Shown here piece after piece: positions 1 to 9,529 of a stretch of DNA of 45,820 nt (position 1 is its first letter; each line of letters begins with the position of its first letter). Below the pieces are notes generated by a model. The model was not told where the DNA came from. It was given only the letters and a program-made list of their open reading frames with translations, and ran no database searches. Position numbers and translations under genes: made by a program. This DNA is from Candidatus Omnitrophota bacterium. GTDB taxonomy: Bacteria > Omnitrophota > Gorgyraeia > 2-02-FULL-51-18. Where the stretch lies: contig JACQQY010000019.1 of NCBI GenBank assembly GCA_016206825.1, positions 1 to 45,820 on the forward strand. Direction: 5' to 3'.

Positions 1-14
1 TCCAGCGGAAGATC

Positions 15-125
15 TCAAATCCCCCCTACCCCCTTTCAAATAAAAAGGGGGTTGCTCTTTTGCTCTTTAGTGGAAAGAAAGCCCTTACCCCCTTTTCTCT
101 TCAAAGGGGGCAGGGGGGATTTAAA
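15..125. repeat. Palindromic MITE-like element, family A, full-length intergenic copy
   Basis: Terminal inverted repeat AAATCCCCCCTACCCCCTTT (17-36) and AAAGGGGGCAGGGGGGATTT (103-122), one mismatch. Each half also self-pairs (CCCCCTTT...AAAGGGGG). Close copies lie at 18063-18174 and 18363-18465, with a half copy at 27645-27730. Confidence 0.8.
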
Positions 126-200
126 CCGTTCTCAATCGTCATTAATTAATGCTACAGAGTACTAGTTGAATTTTTGAAGAAAGGGTGGTAAAAAGGCTGC

Positions 201-1958
201 ATGCGTTGGACGAAGACGTTGATCCCCACTTTGAAAGAGGTTCCGCAGGAGGCGGAGGCGAAGAGTCATCGCCTCATGCTGCGGGCGGGGCTTATTCGGA
301 AGCTCGCGAGCGGCACCTATAACTATCTTCCTTTGGGATTAAGGGCTTTGAATAAGGCCATTGCCATCGTGCGGGAGGAGATGGATCGCGCGGGGGCGCT
401 GGAGGTGCTTTTGCCGGCGATCCATCCGGTGGAGCTTTGGAAGGAGTCGGGCCGCTGTGATATCTTGGGGGACGACATGATCCATTTTAAGGACCGCCAC
501 GGCCGGGAGAACGTGCTCGGGCCCACTCATGAGGAAGTGATCACGGATCTCGTGCGGCGGGAGGTGCGTTCCTATAAGCAATTGCCGCTCACCCTGTACC
601 AAATTCAAACCAAGTTTCGCGATGAAATGCGTCCGCGTTCGGGGGTCATTCGCAGCCGCGAGTTTATCATGAAAGACGCCTATAGTTTTCACGCGACCGC
701 CGAAAGCCTTGATGAAACGTACGAGATCATGCGCCGAACCTACGAGCGGATCTTCAAGCGGTGCGGCCTTGAGTTTTACGTGGTGCAGGCGGATCCGGGC
801 GCCATGGGCGGGAACCTGTCCCAGGAATTCGTGCTCTTTTCGGACGCGGGGGAGGACTGGATGGTGCAGGTTGGGGACTCGGACCGTGTGGTGAGCGTGG
901 AGATGGCCAGAAGAAAGCTTAAAGGTCTTTCTCTGCCGCAGGAAGGCGCCGCCGGAAAGCGTCGTCCCATGCCGACGCCCGGGCATAGCAGTGTGGAGAG
1001 TGTCAGTAAGTACTTAAAGAAGAAGCCCTCGGATCTTTTGAAAACGATGATTTACGAAGCGCTGGACCCTACGGCTCCTTACCGGCCCCCTTTTGCAGTT
1101 TTGGTGCGGGGAGATCATGAGGTCAGTAATTTTAAGGTTCGGGAGAAAGTACCTGGAGCCTACATGGCTTCTCCGGAGGTGATTCAGTATGTTGGATCTC
1201 GGTTCGGCTTTAGCGGGCCGTTAGGTCTCCATGATAAGAACGATCCCATCCCTTTTTATATTGATGAGGATGTGTTGCTCATGAAGGATTTTATTACGGG
1301 CGCCAATGAGAAGGATCTACATTTTGCGGACGTCAATCTCATGGATATTTTGAACTATGCTCCGGACCGGAAGATAGTGGTTGGCGATTTCCGCCAAGCC
1401 CTTCCAGGGGACAAAGGTGTGCTGGAGAACGGCGAGGAAACGGAGCTTCATTTCCGGACAGCCATTGAGCTGGGCCATATTTTTAAACTGGGCTGTCGAT
1501 ACTCGGAACCGTTCAAGGCGCAGTTTTTGGACAAGGGCGGAAAGCTGACTTCGATGGTCATGGGTTGTTATGGGATTGGGATTAACCGGATTCTCGCGGC
1601 CGCTGTCGAACAGTATGCGGATGAAAAAGGGATCGTGTGGCCCCAAGCGATCAGTCCGTTTCGACTGTTGGTCTTGGTGCTCGATCCGGGGGATGCCCGG
1701 TCGCTTGAGATTGCGCGCTCGATCGAAGATTCCGAAGAGCTGGCCAGGCGCGGCATCGATATTTTGGTGGACGACCGGGATGAAACGCCGGGGGTCAAGT
1801 TCAACGATGCGGATCTTATCGGGATACCCTTTCGGGTGGTCATCGGACCCAAAGCACTGCGGTCGGGGAAGGTGGAGATTAAAATAAGGAAAACATCGGA
1901 GACCCTTCTCGTGGATATTCCGCAAGTTGTTTCTGAAATTGTAAAACAACTTGGGTGA
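201..1958 (+). CDS. proS: Prolyl-tRNA synthetase
   Basis: 585-aa ORF with class II aaRS / ProRS-like blocks (REFIMKDAYSFH, HIFKLGCRYSEPF, GCYGIGINR) and a C-terminal anticodon-binding-type region. Confidence 0.9.
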   Translation: MRWTKTLIPTLKEVPQEAEAKSHRLMLRAGLIRKLASGTYNYLPLGLRALNKAIAIVREEMDRAGALEVLLPAIHPVELWKESGRCDILGDDMIHFKDRHGRENVLGPTHEEVITDLVRREVRSYKQLPLTLYQIQTKFRDEMRPRSGVIRSREFIMKDAYSFHATAESLDETYEIMRRTYERIFKRCGLEFYVVQADPGAMGGNLSQEFVLFSDAGEDWMVQVGDSDRVVSVEMARRKLKGLSLPQEGAAGKRRPMPTPGHSSVESVSKYLKKKPSDLLKTMIYEALDPTAPYRPPFAVLVRGDHEVSNFKVREKVPGAYMASPEVIQYVGSRFGFSGPLGLHDKNDPIPFYIDEDVLLMKDFITGANEKDLHFADVNLMDILNYAPDRKIVVGDFRQALPGDKGVLENGEETELHFRTAIELGHIFKLGCRYSEPFKAQFLDKGGKLTSMVMGCYGIGINRILAAAVEQYADEKGIVWPQAISPFRLLVLVLDPGDARSLEIARSIEDSEELARRGIDILVDDRDETPGVKFNDADLIGIPFRVVIGPKALRSGKVEIKIRKTSETLLVDIPQVVSEIVKQLG

Positions 1959-1984
1959 AAATTTTTGGGGAAGGAGGGTTTGGC

Positions 1985-2013
1985 TTGACAAACGGAGGGG
2001 AATTTGGTACCTT
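1985..2013 (+). promoter_or_regulatory. Candidate sigma-70-type promoter (TTGACA-N17-TACCTT, TGn extended -10)
   Basis: TTGACA at 1985-1990, 17-nt spacer ending TGG, TACCTT at 2008-2013. The identical hexamer pair and spacing recur at 27773-27801. Confidence 0.3.
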
Positions 2014-2044
2014 GAGATTTCGAGTTTAAGGGGCGTTTCTCGAG

Positions 2045-2076
2045 AAAAGTGGGTGTGAAGACCCACTTTTTTTATT
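2045..2076 (+). terminator. Rho-independent terminator downstream of proS, in the rimP leader
   Basis: 8-bp stem AAGTGGGT (2047-2054) / ACCCACTT (2061-2068), 6-nt loop. The T-run at 2067-2073 is 7 nt, its first two T being the last two stem bases. Confidence 0.7.
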
Positions 2077-2093
2077 GGATGAGGGATTCTTTT

Positions 2094-2588
2094 ATGCCGG
2101 TTCCAGGGATGGAGGGTCTTCGTGAGGCGATTCAAAAGGAAGTGGAGAGCTTGGACGCCAGGCTTGTGGATTTGACTTTGAGAAAGGGGAGGGGAAGGAA
2201 CGTTTTGACGGTTCTGGCGGATAAAGAGGGCGGCATTACCTTAGGCGATTGCGCGGCGATCAATAACCATTTGAGCGGTTTTTTGGACCGGATGGCAAGG
2301 GCAGAGGCGGGTGCGGAGGCGCTTGGGTTTGGGATTTTCGATGCGCCCTGCGACTTGGAGGTCAACAGCCCCGGGCTTGACCGGCCGCTTGAGACGCCGG
2401 AGGATTTTTTGCGGGTTGCGGGGAAGCTTGTCCGCGTAGTGATGAAACCGGAGGCGGGGGCCGGCGTTTATCGCGGGAAACTCCTTTCGGTGAAGGAAGG
2501 AATGGTTGAATTGAAAGGCAAGGAAGCCGCACCCGTTTATTTACCGATTCGTTCTATTTTAAAAGGCATTCAAGAAATATCATTCTAA
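2094..2588 (+). CDS. rimP: Ribosome maturation factor RimP
   Basis: The RimP-like sequence sits directly upstream of nusA-infB. The ORF-track start at 2049 falls inside the terminator hairpin. ATG 2094 is preceded by GAGGGA (2081-2086), so I use it as the start. Confidence 0.75.
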   Translation: MPVPGMEGLREAIQKEVESLDARLVDLTLRKGRGRNVLTVLADKEGGITLGDCAAINNHLSGFLDRMARAEAGAEALGFGIFDAPCDLEVNSPGLDRPLETPEDFLRVAGKLVRVVMKPEAGAGVYRGKLLSVKEGMVELKGKEAAPVYLPIRSILKGIQEISF

Positions 2589-2604
2589 GAATTAGAGGAC
2601 GGTC

Positions 2605-3837
2605 ATGAGCACGGAACTTTCGGCCATTTTGGACAGCATTCAACGGGAAAAGGGGATCAGCCGCGAGGTGTTGATCGAATCGATCGAGGCGGCCCTTGTT
2701 TCAGCCGCGAAGAAAGTGCTTCACGATAAGGACAAAGAGGTCCAGGTGAAGATGGATCTGGAATCGGGCAGGATCCGTATTTTCTCGGAGGACAAGGAGA
2801 TCGTGTCGAGCGAATTCGGGCGCATCGCCGCTCAGACCGCGAAGCAGGTGATTTTTCAAAAAATCCGGGAAGCGGAGCGGGACGTGATCTTTCAGGAGTT
2901 CTCCGGAAAGATCCACTCTATCGTGAATGGAACGGTTTATCGCTTTGAAAAAGGAGCCCTGTTGGTGGATCTGGGGAAGACCGAGGCCATTCTTCCCCGG
3001 AAGGAGCTGTCGCCGCGGGATAATTACCGGCAGGGGGATACGATCCGGGCGTACGTCCTGGACGTCAATCGCACCGGCAGGGGATCCCAGATCCTTCTTT
3101 CGAGGAGCCATCCGGGTTTTGTGAAACGTCTTTTTGAGCTTGAGGTTCCCGAGGTGGCCGAGGGCACGGTGCAGATGAAATCGGTCTCCCGTGAGGCGGG
3201 CGATCGGACGAAGATAGCCGTTTGGTCGGAGAATGAGAAGATCGACTGCGTGGGCGCCTGCGTGGGCGTGAGGGGATCGAGGGTGAAGGGCGTGGTGAGG
3301 GAGCTCCAGGGGGAAAAGATCGATATCATCCGGTGGAGCGAAAATATTGAGGAGTTCATCCAGGCGGCTTTGAGCCCGGCGACGGTTTCTTCCGTGAAGG
3401 TTTTAAGCCGTGAAGATAAAAAGGTGGAAGTGGTCGTGAGCGACGACCAGTTGTCGCTGGCGATCGGGAAGAACGGACAGAACGTGCGTTTGGCGTCGAA
3501 GCTGACGGGCTGGTCCATCGACATTCGTTCCAAGAAGGAGATCGTGAAAGAAAAATTGGAAGAGATGGCGGCTGAGGCCGGGGCCGAAGAGCCTTCCGCC
3601 GGGATCGAATCGATCGAAGGAGTAGGACCTAAGACGGTCCTTGCTCTGGCCGAGGCAGGGTACCGGTCGCTTGAGGATTTGAAGAAGGCCAAGGAAGAGG
3701 ACTTATTGGCGGTTAAGGGCATCGGCAAAAAGACGCTTGAGAAAATCCTGGCGGCCTTGGGAAAAAGCGCCCAAGCGAGTGACGCAAGCGAAGGGAAAAA
3801 AGAGGAAGCGGCGCCCGAAGAGGGAGAAGCTTCATAA
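2605..3837 (+). CDS. nusA: Transcription termination/antitermination factor NusA
   Basis: 410 aa with an N-terminal domain, S1 and KH regions and a C-terminal helix-hairpin-helix (VKGIGKKTLEKI). Conserved rimP-nusA-infB order. Confidence 0.9.
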   Translation: MSTELSAILDSIQREKGISREVLIESIEAALVSAAKKVLHDKDKEVQVKMDLESGRIRIFSEDKEIVSSEFGRIAAQTAKQVIFQKIREAERDVIFQEFSGKIHSIVNGTVYRFEKGALLVDLGKTEAILPRKELSPRDNYRQGDTIRAYVLDVNRTGRGSQILLSRSHPGFVKRLFELEVPEVAEGTVQMKSVSREAGDRTKIAVWSENEKIDCVGACVGVRGSRVKGVVRELQGEKIDIIRWSENIEEFIQAALSPATVSSVKVLSREDKKVEVVVSDDQLSLAIGKNGQNVRLASKLTGWSIDIRSKKEIVKEKLEEMAAEAGAEEPSAGIESIEGVGPKTVLALAEAGYRSLEDLKKAKEEDLLAVKGIGKKTLEKILAALGKSAQASDASEGKKEEAAPEEGEAS

Positions 3838-3854
3838 AGGCGGGGGTAAGATCG

Positions 3855-6137
3855 GTGTCTCTGAGAGTTCATGAATTGGCGAAGGAATTGAAGCTCACGT
3901 CCAAAGAGCTCATCGATAAGCTGAAATCGCTTCGGATTAAAGCGAAAAGCCACATGAGCGTTTTGGCGGATGAGGATACAACCCTTATCCGGAAGTCTTT
4001 GAAAGCTTCCTCAAAGCCGGCTTCTGCCGGCCCTTTGTCTTCCAAGTCCTCCGCGGTTAAATTAGAGAAGCCTCAAACCATTCCGTCTCTTGAAAGCGTC
4101 AAAAGAGAAATTGCCGCGGGGAAGTCTCAGGTGAGAACGTCTTTTGAGCCGCGCATCCCCTTTAAAAGGCCCGCCCCCTCCCCGCCGAAGCCGTCCCCTT
4201 TCTCCAAGCCGGATCGGATCGTCGTTTCGCCTCCTAAACCGAGAGTGGAAATTGCCCAGGAAACGGCCAAACGGCCTGTGGAGGAAGCGCGCAAAGAACC
4301 TCCGGCTCCCGCGGAGCGTTTTGAACCCCTTGAGCCCAAAGCTCCTCCAGAGAAGCCCCAGCCGTCTTCGCCTCCCCCCGCAAAAAAGGTAGAAATCAGG
4401 ACGCCCATTGTCGTGAAGGAATTGGCAGGGGTGTTGGGGGCGAGGCCCAATGAGTTGATTGAGCGGTTGATCTCCATCGGTATTTTCGCGAACATCAATC
4501 AGTCGCTTAACTTCGATGTGGCTTCCCGGGCGGCCGGCGGACTGGGATTTGAATTGGTCGAGTCCGAAAGGACCGAGGGAGTTTCGGCCGCCGTCAGAGG
4601 GGAGGTCAAAGATAAAAAAGGACAGGTGTGGCGGGCTCCGATCGTGACCTTTATGGGCCATGTGGATCATGGGAAGACCTCTCTCCTGGACGCGATTCGG
4701 AAAACCAAAGTGGCCGCCCAAGAGGCCGGAGGGATTACCCAGCATATCGGAGCGTATCAAGTGTTTCTTCCAAAAGGCGCCGTCACTTTTTTGGATACGC
4801 CGGGGCATGAGGCGTTTACCGCGATGCGCGCCAGAGGCGCGCGGGTAACGGATGTGGTGGTCCTCGTAGTGGCGGCCGATGACAGCGTGATGCCCCAAAC
4901 GGTAGAGGCGATCGATCATGCGAAGGCGGCAGGGGTGCCCATCGTTGTGGCGATCAATAAAATGGATTTACCGGCCGCAAATCCCGATCGTGTGAAGCGC
5001 GATCTTATGGCTCATGGGCTCATGCCCGAAGAGTTGGGCGGCAAGACCGTCATGGTGGGAGTGTCCGCCAAAACGGGCCAAGGGATCGATGAGCTTTTGG
5101 AGATGCTTGCTCTTGAATCCGAACTTTTGGAGCTCAGGGCGGATCCTTCGGCGGCGTCCGCCGGCGTGGTCATTGAGGCGGAACTTTCGCGGGAGAGAGG
5201 CATTTTAGCGACGCTTTTGGTGCAGGATGGGACGCTTCGCGTAGGGGATCCGGTCGTTGCGGGGGCCTGCTATGGAAAGGTGCGCGCAATGGTGAACGAT
5301 CGGGGCCAGCGCATCAAGGAAGCATTGCCTTCGACGCCCGTGGAAGTGATGGGGCTTTCCGACGTTCCTCAGGCAGGGGATGGTTTTTACATCATGAAGG
5401 ACGAGCGCCGCGCCAGGGAAATCATAGAAGAAAAGCAAAGACAGATCAAGGAGAGAGGCAGAAACGGAGCTTCTCACATCACGCTCGAGCACCTCTATGA
5501 GAAGTTTAAAGAGGGAAAAGTGCAGGAGCTCAAGCTTATTTTGAAATCGGACGTGCAGGGATCTCTCGAAGCTCTCCGGACGACGCTGGCGAAGATACCC
5601 TCGAAGAACGTTCAGTTGAACGTCCTGCATGCGGGCACGGGAGACGTCAGCGAGTCGGACGTGATGCTCGCGGCGGCTTCGGATGCGGTCGTGATCGGGT
5701 TTCATGTGGGTATTTCTCAAACGGCCAAGGAGGCGGGCGAGAGAGAGAAGGTGGACGTCCGCTTTTACGAGATCATTTACGAGGCCCAGGCGTCCATCCA
5801 AAAAGCGATGGAAGGACTTCTGGAACCGGAGCTCAAAGAGGTTTTGGTGGGGACGGCGGAGGTCCGCCAAGTGTTCAAGGTCTCCAAGATGGGCGCCATT
5901 GCCGGATGCTCGGTTCAAAAGGGAAAGATCGTCCGAAACTTCGCCTGCCGCGTGGTCCGGGACGGTCAGAAGATCCATGAAGGAAAGATCGGGAGTTTGA
6001 AGCGTTTTAAAGAGGACGCGCGCGATGTCTCGGAAGGTTTTGAATGCGGGATCAGCGTGTCGGGCTTTGATGACTATCACGTGGGAGACCGCATCGAAGT
6101 CTTTGAAATTCAAAAGTTCGCTCAAAAGCTAGAATAA
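3855..6137 (+). CDS. infB: Translation initiation factor IF-2
   Basis: GTG start. Pro/Lys-rich N-terminus. GTPase motifs [20 protein letters not shown] and NKMD. Confidence 0.9.
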   Translation: MSLRVHELAKELKLTSKELIDKLKSLRIKAKSHMSVLADEDTTLIRKSLKASSKPASAGPLSSKSSAVKLEKPQTIPSLESVKREIAAGKSQVRTSFEPRIPFKRPAPSPPKPSPFSKPDRIVVSPPKPRVEIAQETAKRPVEEARKEPPAPAERFEPLEPKAPPEKPQPSSPPPAKKVEIRTPIVVKELAGVLGARPNELIERLISIGIFANINQSLNFDVASRAAGGLGFELVESERTEGVSAAVRGEVKDKKGQVWRAPIVTFMGHVDHGKTSLLDAIRKTKVAAQEAGGITQHIGAYQVFLPKGAVTFLDTPGHEAFTAMRARGARVTDVVVLVVAADDSVMPQTVEAIDHAKAAGVPIVVAINKMDLPAANPDRVKRDLMAHGLMPEELGGKTVMVGVSAKTGQGIDELLEMLALESELLELRADPSAASAGVVIEAELSRERGILATLLVQDGTLRVGDPVVAGACYGKVRAMVNDRGQRIKEALPSTPVEVMGLSDVPQAGDGFYIMKDERRAREIIEEKQRQIKERGRNGASHITLEHLYEKFKEGKVQELKLILKSDVQGSLEALRTTLAKIPSKNVQLNVLHAGTGDVSESDVMLAAASDAVVIGFHVGISQTAKEAGEREKVDVRFYEIIYEAQASIQKAMEGLLEPELKEVLVGTAEVRQVFKVSKMGAIAGCSVQKGKIVRNFACRVVRDGQKIHEGKIGSLKRFKEDARDVSEGFECGISVSGFDDYHVGDRIEVFEIQKFAQKLE

Positions 6138-6144
6138 CCCCGAA

Positions 6145-7155
6145 GTGACCGTGTCCGTTCAGCGAAAAGAAATAGTCTTGTCCGGAATGCGGCCGACCGG
6201 CCCGCTTCATTTGGGCCATTGGCTGGGGGCTCTGCGTAATTGGGTCCAATTGCAGGACGCCTATGAATGTTACTTCATGGTGGCGGATCTCCACGCCCTC
6301 ATGGGAGAATATGAAAATCCCGCCCAGATCGAGAAAAGCTCGATGGAGATGGTGATGGACTGGCTTGCCTGCGGCATCGATCCTGAGAAGTCGGTTCTTT
6401 TCGTTCAATCCCAGATTCCGGAGCATGCGGAGCTCGCCATGATCCTGGGGATGATCACCCCCTTGGGGTGGCTCGAGAGAAATCCCACTTACAAAGAGCA
6501 GTTAAGAGAGATCGCCGGACGGGACCTTACGACCTACGGTTTTTTGGGGTATCCCGTTTTGCAGGCCGCGGATATCCTTTTATATAAAGCGAACAAGGTC
6601 CCCGTGGGGGAGGATCAGTTGGCTCATCTGGAGCTTGCCCGCGAAATCCTCCGCCGGTTCGAGCATTTTTATAAAAAGAGCCTTTTCCCCGAACCGGAGG
6701 CCCTCCTGACGGAAGAGCCGCGCCTTTTGGGAATCGACAGACGCAAGATGTCGAAGAGTTACGGCAACGCGATTAATCTGTCGGATTCGGAAGACGCCGT
6801 TCGAAAGAAGGTGCTCTCGATGATCACGGATCCCGAGCGCATCAAGATGTCGGATCCCGGTCACCCGGAGGTTTGCAACGTTTTCTCTTATTACCAGATT
6901 TTCGCCGATGCTCCGCTTACGGAAAAGGCCCATGCCTGGTGCGCCGGCGCAAAACTCGGGTGCGTCGACTGTAAAAAGACGTTTGCGGAGGTTTTGATCG
7001 AGGCGCTTCGTCCCCTCATGAAGCGGCGGCGGGAGATTGCCGCGAGGCCTGAAACCGTGAGGCAGATTTTGCAGGAAGGGCATGGCCGCGCCAAGGCCAG
7101 GGCGGAACAAACGATGCGCGAGGTAAAGGAATTTTTGCATCTGGTTCGGATTTGA
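6145..7155 (+). CDS. trpS: Tryptophanyl-tRNA synthetase
   Basis: 336 aa. Class I motifs TGPLHLGH (HIGH-type) and KMSKS (RRKMSKSYGN). Confidence 0.9.
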   Translation: MTVSVQRKEIVLSGMRPTGPLHLGHWLGALRNWVQLQDAYECYFMVADLHALMGEYENPAQIEKSSMEMVMDWLACGIDPEKSVLFVQSQIPEHAELAMILGMITPLGWLERNPTYKEQLREIAGRDLTTYGFLGYPVLQAADILLYKANKVPVGEDQLAHLELAREILRRFEHFYKKSLFPEPEALLTEEPRLLGIDRRKMSKSYGNAINLSDSEDAVRKKVLSMITDPERIKMSDPGHPEVCNVFSYYQIFADAPLTEKAHAWCAGAKLGCVDCKKTFAEVLIEALRPLMKRRREIAARPETVRQILQEGHGRAKARAEQTMREVKEFLHLVRI

Positions 7156-7166
7156 TAAGAGGCCTT

Positions 7167-7898
7167 ATGACGGATTACAAAGTCCGCTTGGACGTCTTTG
7201 AGGGGCCGCTCGATCTCCTGCTTTATTTGATCAAAAAAGACGAGCTGAACATCTATGACATCCCGATGACGCGCATTACGGGACAGTATTTGGAGTATTT
7301 GGAGCTCATGCAAGCGTTGGATCTCGAGGGTGCGGGGGAATTTTTGGTGATCGCGGCCGTCTTGACGCACCTGAAATCCAAGATGCTTTTGCCGCCGGAT
7401 CCGGAGGCTCTCCCGGAAGAGCCGGATCCGAGGGCGGAGCTCGTGAAGAGGCTTTTGGAGTATAAGGCTTTCAAGGAAGCGGCGGGGACCCTGCGGGTTT
7501 TTGAGGAAAAGCGAAGCGGGCTTTTTACGCGCTGGGGGGTAGAGCCTGAAACCGATCCGGGCGATCTTTCGTTTCTGGAAGTTTCTCTTTTTGATCTGCT
7601 TTCCAGCTTTCTCAAGGCGCTCAAGAATCTTCCGAAGGAAACCGTTCATCAAGTTTCGGCCGAGGAGTTTACCGTCGCCGACAAGATCGGGTTTATCCGG
7701 AAGCTTTTATCCAGGAAAGAGAGCGTGCGATTCGGCATTCTTTTCGCGTCGGTGAGGAGCAAGCCGGAAGCGGTGGTGGTTTTCCTCGCCCTTTTGGAGC
7801 TTGTGCGTTTAAGGGAAGTGACGGCGCGCCAGGAGGAGCCTTTCGGAGAAATTGAGATCGGTCGGAGCGTAAGGATTGCGGAGAGCCGGCATGAATGA
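7167..7898 (+). CDS. scpA: Segregation and condensation protein A
   Basis: FEGPLDLLLYLIKKDEL kleisin motif. ATG 7167 is preceded by AAGAGG. The ORF-track TTG at 7152 is also possible. Confidence 0.8.
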   Translation: MTDYKVRLDVFEGPLDLLLYLIKKDELNIYDIPMTRITGQYLEYLELMQALDLEGAGEFLVIAAVLTHLKSKMLLPPDPEALPEEPDPRAELVKRLLEYKAFKEAAGTLRVFEEKRSGLFTRWGVEPETDPGDLSFLEVSLFDLLSSFLKALKNLPKETVHQVSAEEFTVADKIGFIRKLLSRKESVRFGILFASVRSKPEAVVVFLALLELVRLREVTARQEEPFGEIEIGRSVRIAESRHE

Positions 7899-8442
7899 GC
7901 TGCGATACGCGGTCGAGGCGCTTCTTTTCGCGAGTGAACGGCCTCTTTCGGTCAAAGAGATGGGGGAGGCTTTTGGGGAGGAGGCGGATGAGAAGGCGCT
8001 GGAGGCTGGTTTACATGAGCTGAAAAACGAATACGAATCCCAAGGGAGGGGTTTTAAGCTCGTGGAGATCGCCGGCGGGTTTCAGTTGGTATCCGATCCG
8101 CGGTTCGCTTCGACCCTCAAGCGGTTTTACCAAGCCCGTGAGAAAAAGAGGCTCACCCAGGCGAGCTTGGAGACGCTGTCCATCGTCGCTTACAAACAGC
8201 CGGTGAGCCGCGCCGATGTCGAATTTATCCGCGGCGTTCAGGTGGACGGCGCTTTGAAGACGCTCTTGGAACGGAACTTGATTCGCATCGCCGGGCGGAA
8301 GGACGTCCCCGGGCGGCCGCTCCTTTATGGCACCACGCGGGAGTTTTTGGAGTATTTCGGGTTGAAAGGCCTTGAGGAACTGCCTCCACTCAAGGAGTTT
8401 ACGGAGGCGCCGCTCGAACAGGCAAAACAGGAGGAATCATGA
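7891..8442 (+). CDS. scpB: Segregation and condensation protein B
   Basis: ScpB-like winged-helix sequence (VEALLFASERPLS ... IVAYKQPVSRADVEFIRGV). ATG 7891 overlaps the scpA stop. An alternative TTG lies at 7876. Confidence 0.8.
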   Translation: MNELRYAVEALLFASERPLSVKEMGEAFGEEADEKALEAGLHELKNEYESQGRGFKLVEIAGGFQLVSDPRFASTLKRFYQAREKKRLTQASLETLSIVAYKQPVSRADVEFIRGVQVDGALKTLLERNLIRIAGRKDVPGRPLLYGTTREFLEYFGLKGLEELPPLKEFTEAPLEQAKQEES

Positions 8443-9524
8443 GTGGAACCGTCGATAAAATCCGCCGCGAGGTGGATCGGTTGGATGAGGATATCCTGAG
8501 GCTCTTGAATCAAAGAGCCGGCGCTTGCCGAAAGATCGGTCAGATCAAGATTCAGAAGGGCGATGGGATTTATTCTCCTCAGCGGGAAAAGGAAGTGCTG
8601 GATCGCTTGAAGGCTTTGAATAAAGGACCTTTGACCCCTCAGGCGATCGACGCCATTTACCGGGAGGTCATGTCGTCTTCCATCAGCCTTGAGAAGAAGG
8701 TGGTGATCGCTTACTTGGGCCCGGAGTTCACTTATACGCATCAGGCGGCGAAGAAGAAGTTTGGCTCGTCGGTGGATTATTTTCCCTGCACGAACATTTC
8801 GGATATTTTTACGGAGGTAGAAAGAAGGCGCAGTGATTATGGAGTCGTGCCCGTCGAGAATTCGACGGAAGGCGCGGTGAGCTATACACTGGATATGTTT
8901 ATCGAATCACCTCTTAAAATTTGCGCGGAGATTTATTTGCCGGTCGGCCATCATTTGCTTTCCAAGGCAAGGACGCTTGGGACTATCCGGAACGTTTATT
9001 CGAACGTCCAGGCCTTCGGTCAGTGCCGCTTATGGCTTGAGTCCAATTTGCCGGGCGCTAAGCTTCTGCCGATCAGCAGTACGGCGGAAGCGGCAAGATG
9101 GGTTGCGGGGCTTTCTCAAAATAAGAAGGAGGACGCTTGCATTGCGAGCCTCTCGGCCGGGGAGGCTTATGGGCTCAAGGTATTGGCTCGTTCCATTGAG
9201 GATAATCCTCAGAACACGACGCGTTTTCTTGTTATCTCTCGTTTGGAATCGAGGCCTACGCGGGAGGATAAGACGTCCATTGTCCTGGCCGTCAAAGATA
9301 GAGTGGGGGCGCTTCATGATATCTTGGTTCCTTTTAAGAAAGCCAAGGTTAATTTGACCAAAATCGAATCACGCCCTTCGAAGAAAAAAGCATGGAACTA
9401 TTACTTCTTTGTTGATTTTGAAGGCCACCACACGGACCCTCGTGTCCGGAAGACTTTGAAAATTCTTGAGAGGCATTGCACGCTCCTGAAGATCTTGGGT
9501 TCTTATCCAAAAGCCGAGGAATGA
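8439..9524 (+). CDS. pheA: Bifunctional chorismate mutase / prephenate dehydratase (P-protein)
   Basis: N-terminal chorismate-mutase helix region, a PDT domain and a C-terminal ACT-type region with the ESRPS motif (TKIESRPSKK). ATGA overlap with scpB. Confidence 0.85.
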   Translation: MSGTVDKIRREVDRLDEDILRLLNQRAGACRKIGQIKIQKGDGIYSPQREKEVLDRLKALNKGPLTPQAIDAIYREVMSSSISLEKKVVIAYLGPEFTYTHQAAKKKFGSSVDYFPCTNISDIFTEVERRRSDYGVVPVENSTEGAVSYTLDMFIESPLKICAEIYLPVGHHLLSKARTLGTIRNVYSNVQAFGQCRLWLESNLPGAKLLPISSTAEAARWVAGLSQNKKEDACIASLSAGEAYGLKVLARSIEDNPQNTTRFLVISRLESRPTREDKTSIVLAVKDRVGALHDILVPFKKAKVNLTKIESRPSKKKAWNYYFFVDFEGHHTDPRVRKTLKILERHCTLLKILGSYPKAEE

Positions 9525-9529
9525 CGACC

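Noticed and set aside
126-200. Possible T-box or other leader riboswitches upstream of the aminoacyl-tRNA synthetase genes (proS, trpS, tyrS).
   Set aside because: The proS upstream space outside the repeat element is only about 75 nt. trpS and tyrS start within 0-8 nt of the preceding stop codons. There is no room for a leader of about 200 nt or more.
2049-2093. N-terminal extensions implied by the ORF-track starts: rimP 2049, hisC 9476, rplM 27792, argD 31993 and argH 35615.
   Set aside because: The extensions overlap a terminator hairpin, a REP hairpin or the upstream gene by 49-124 nt, and they add residues absent from the conserved family N-termini. Internal ATGs with better context were used instead.
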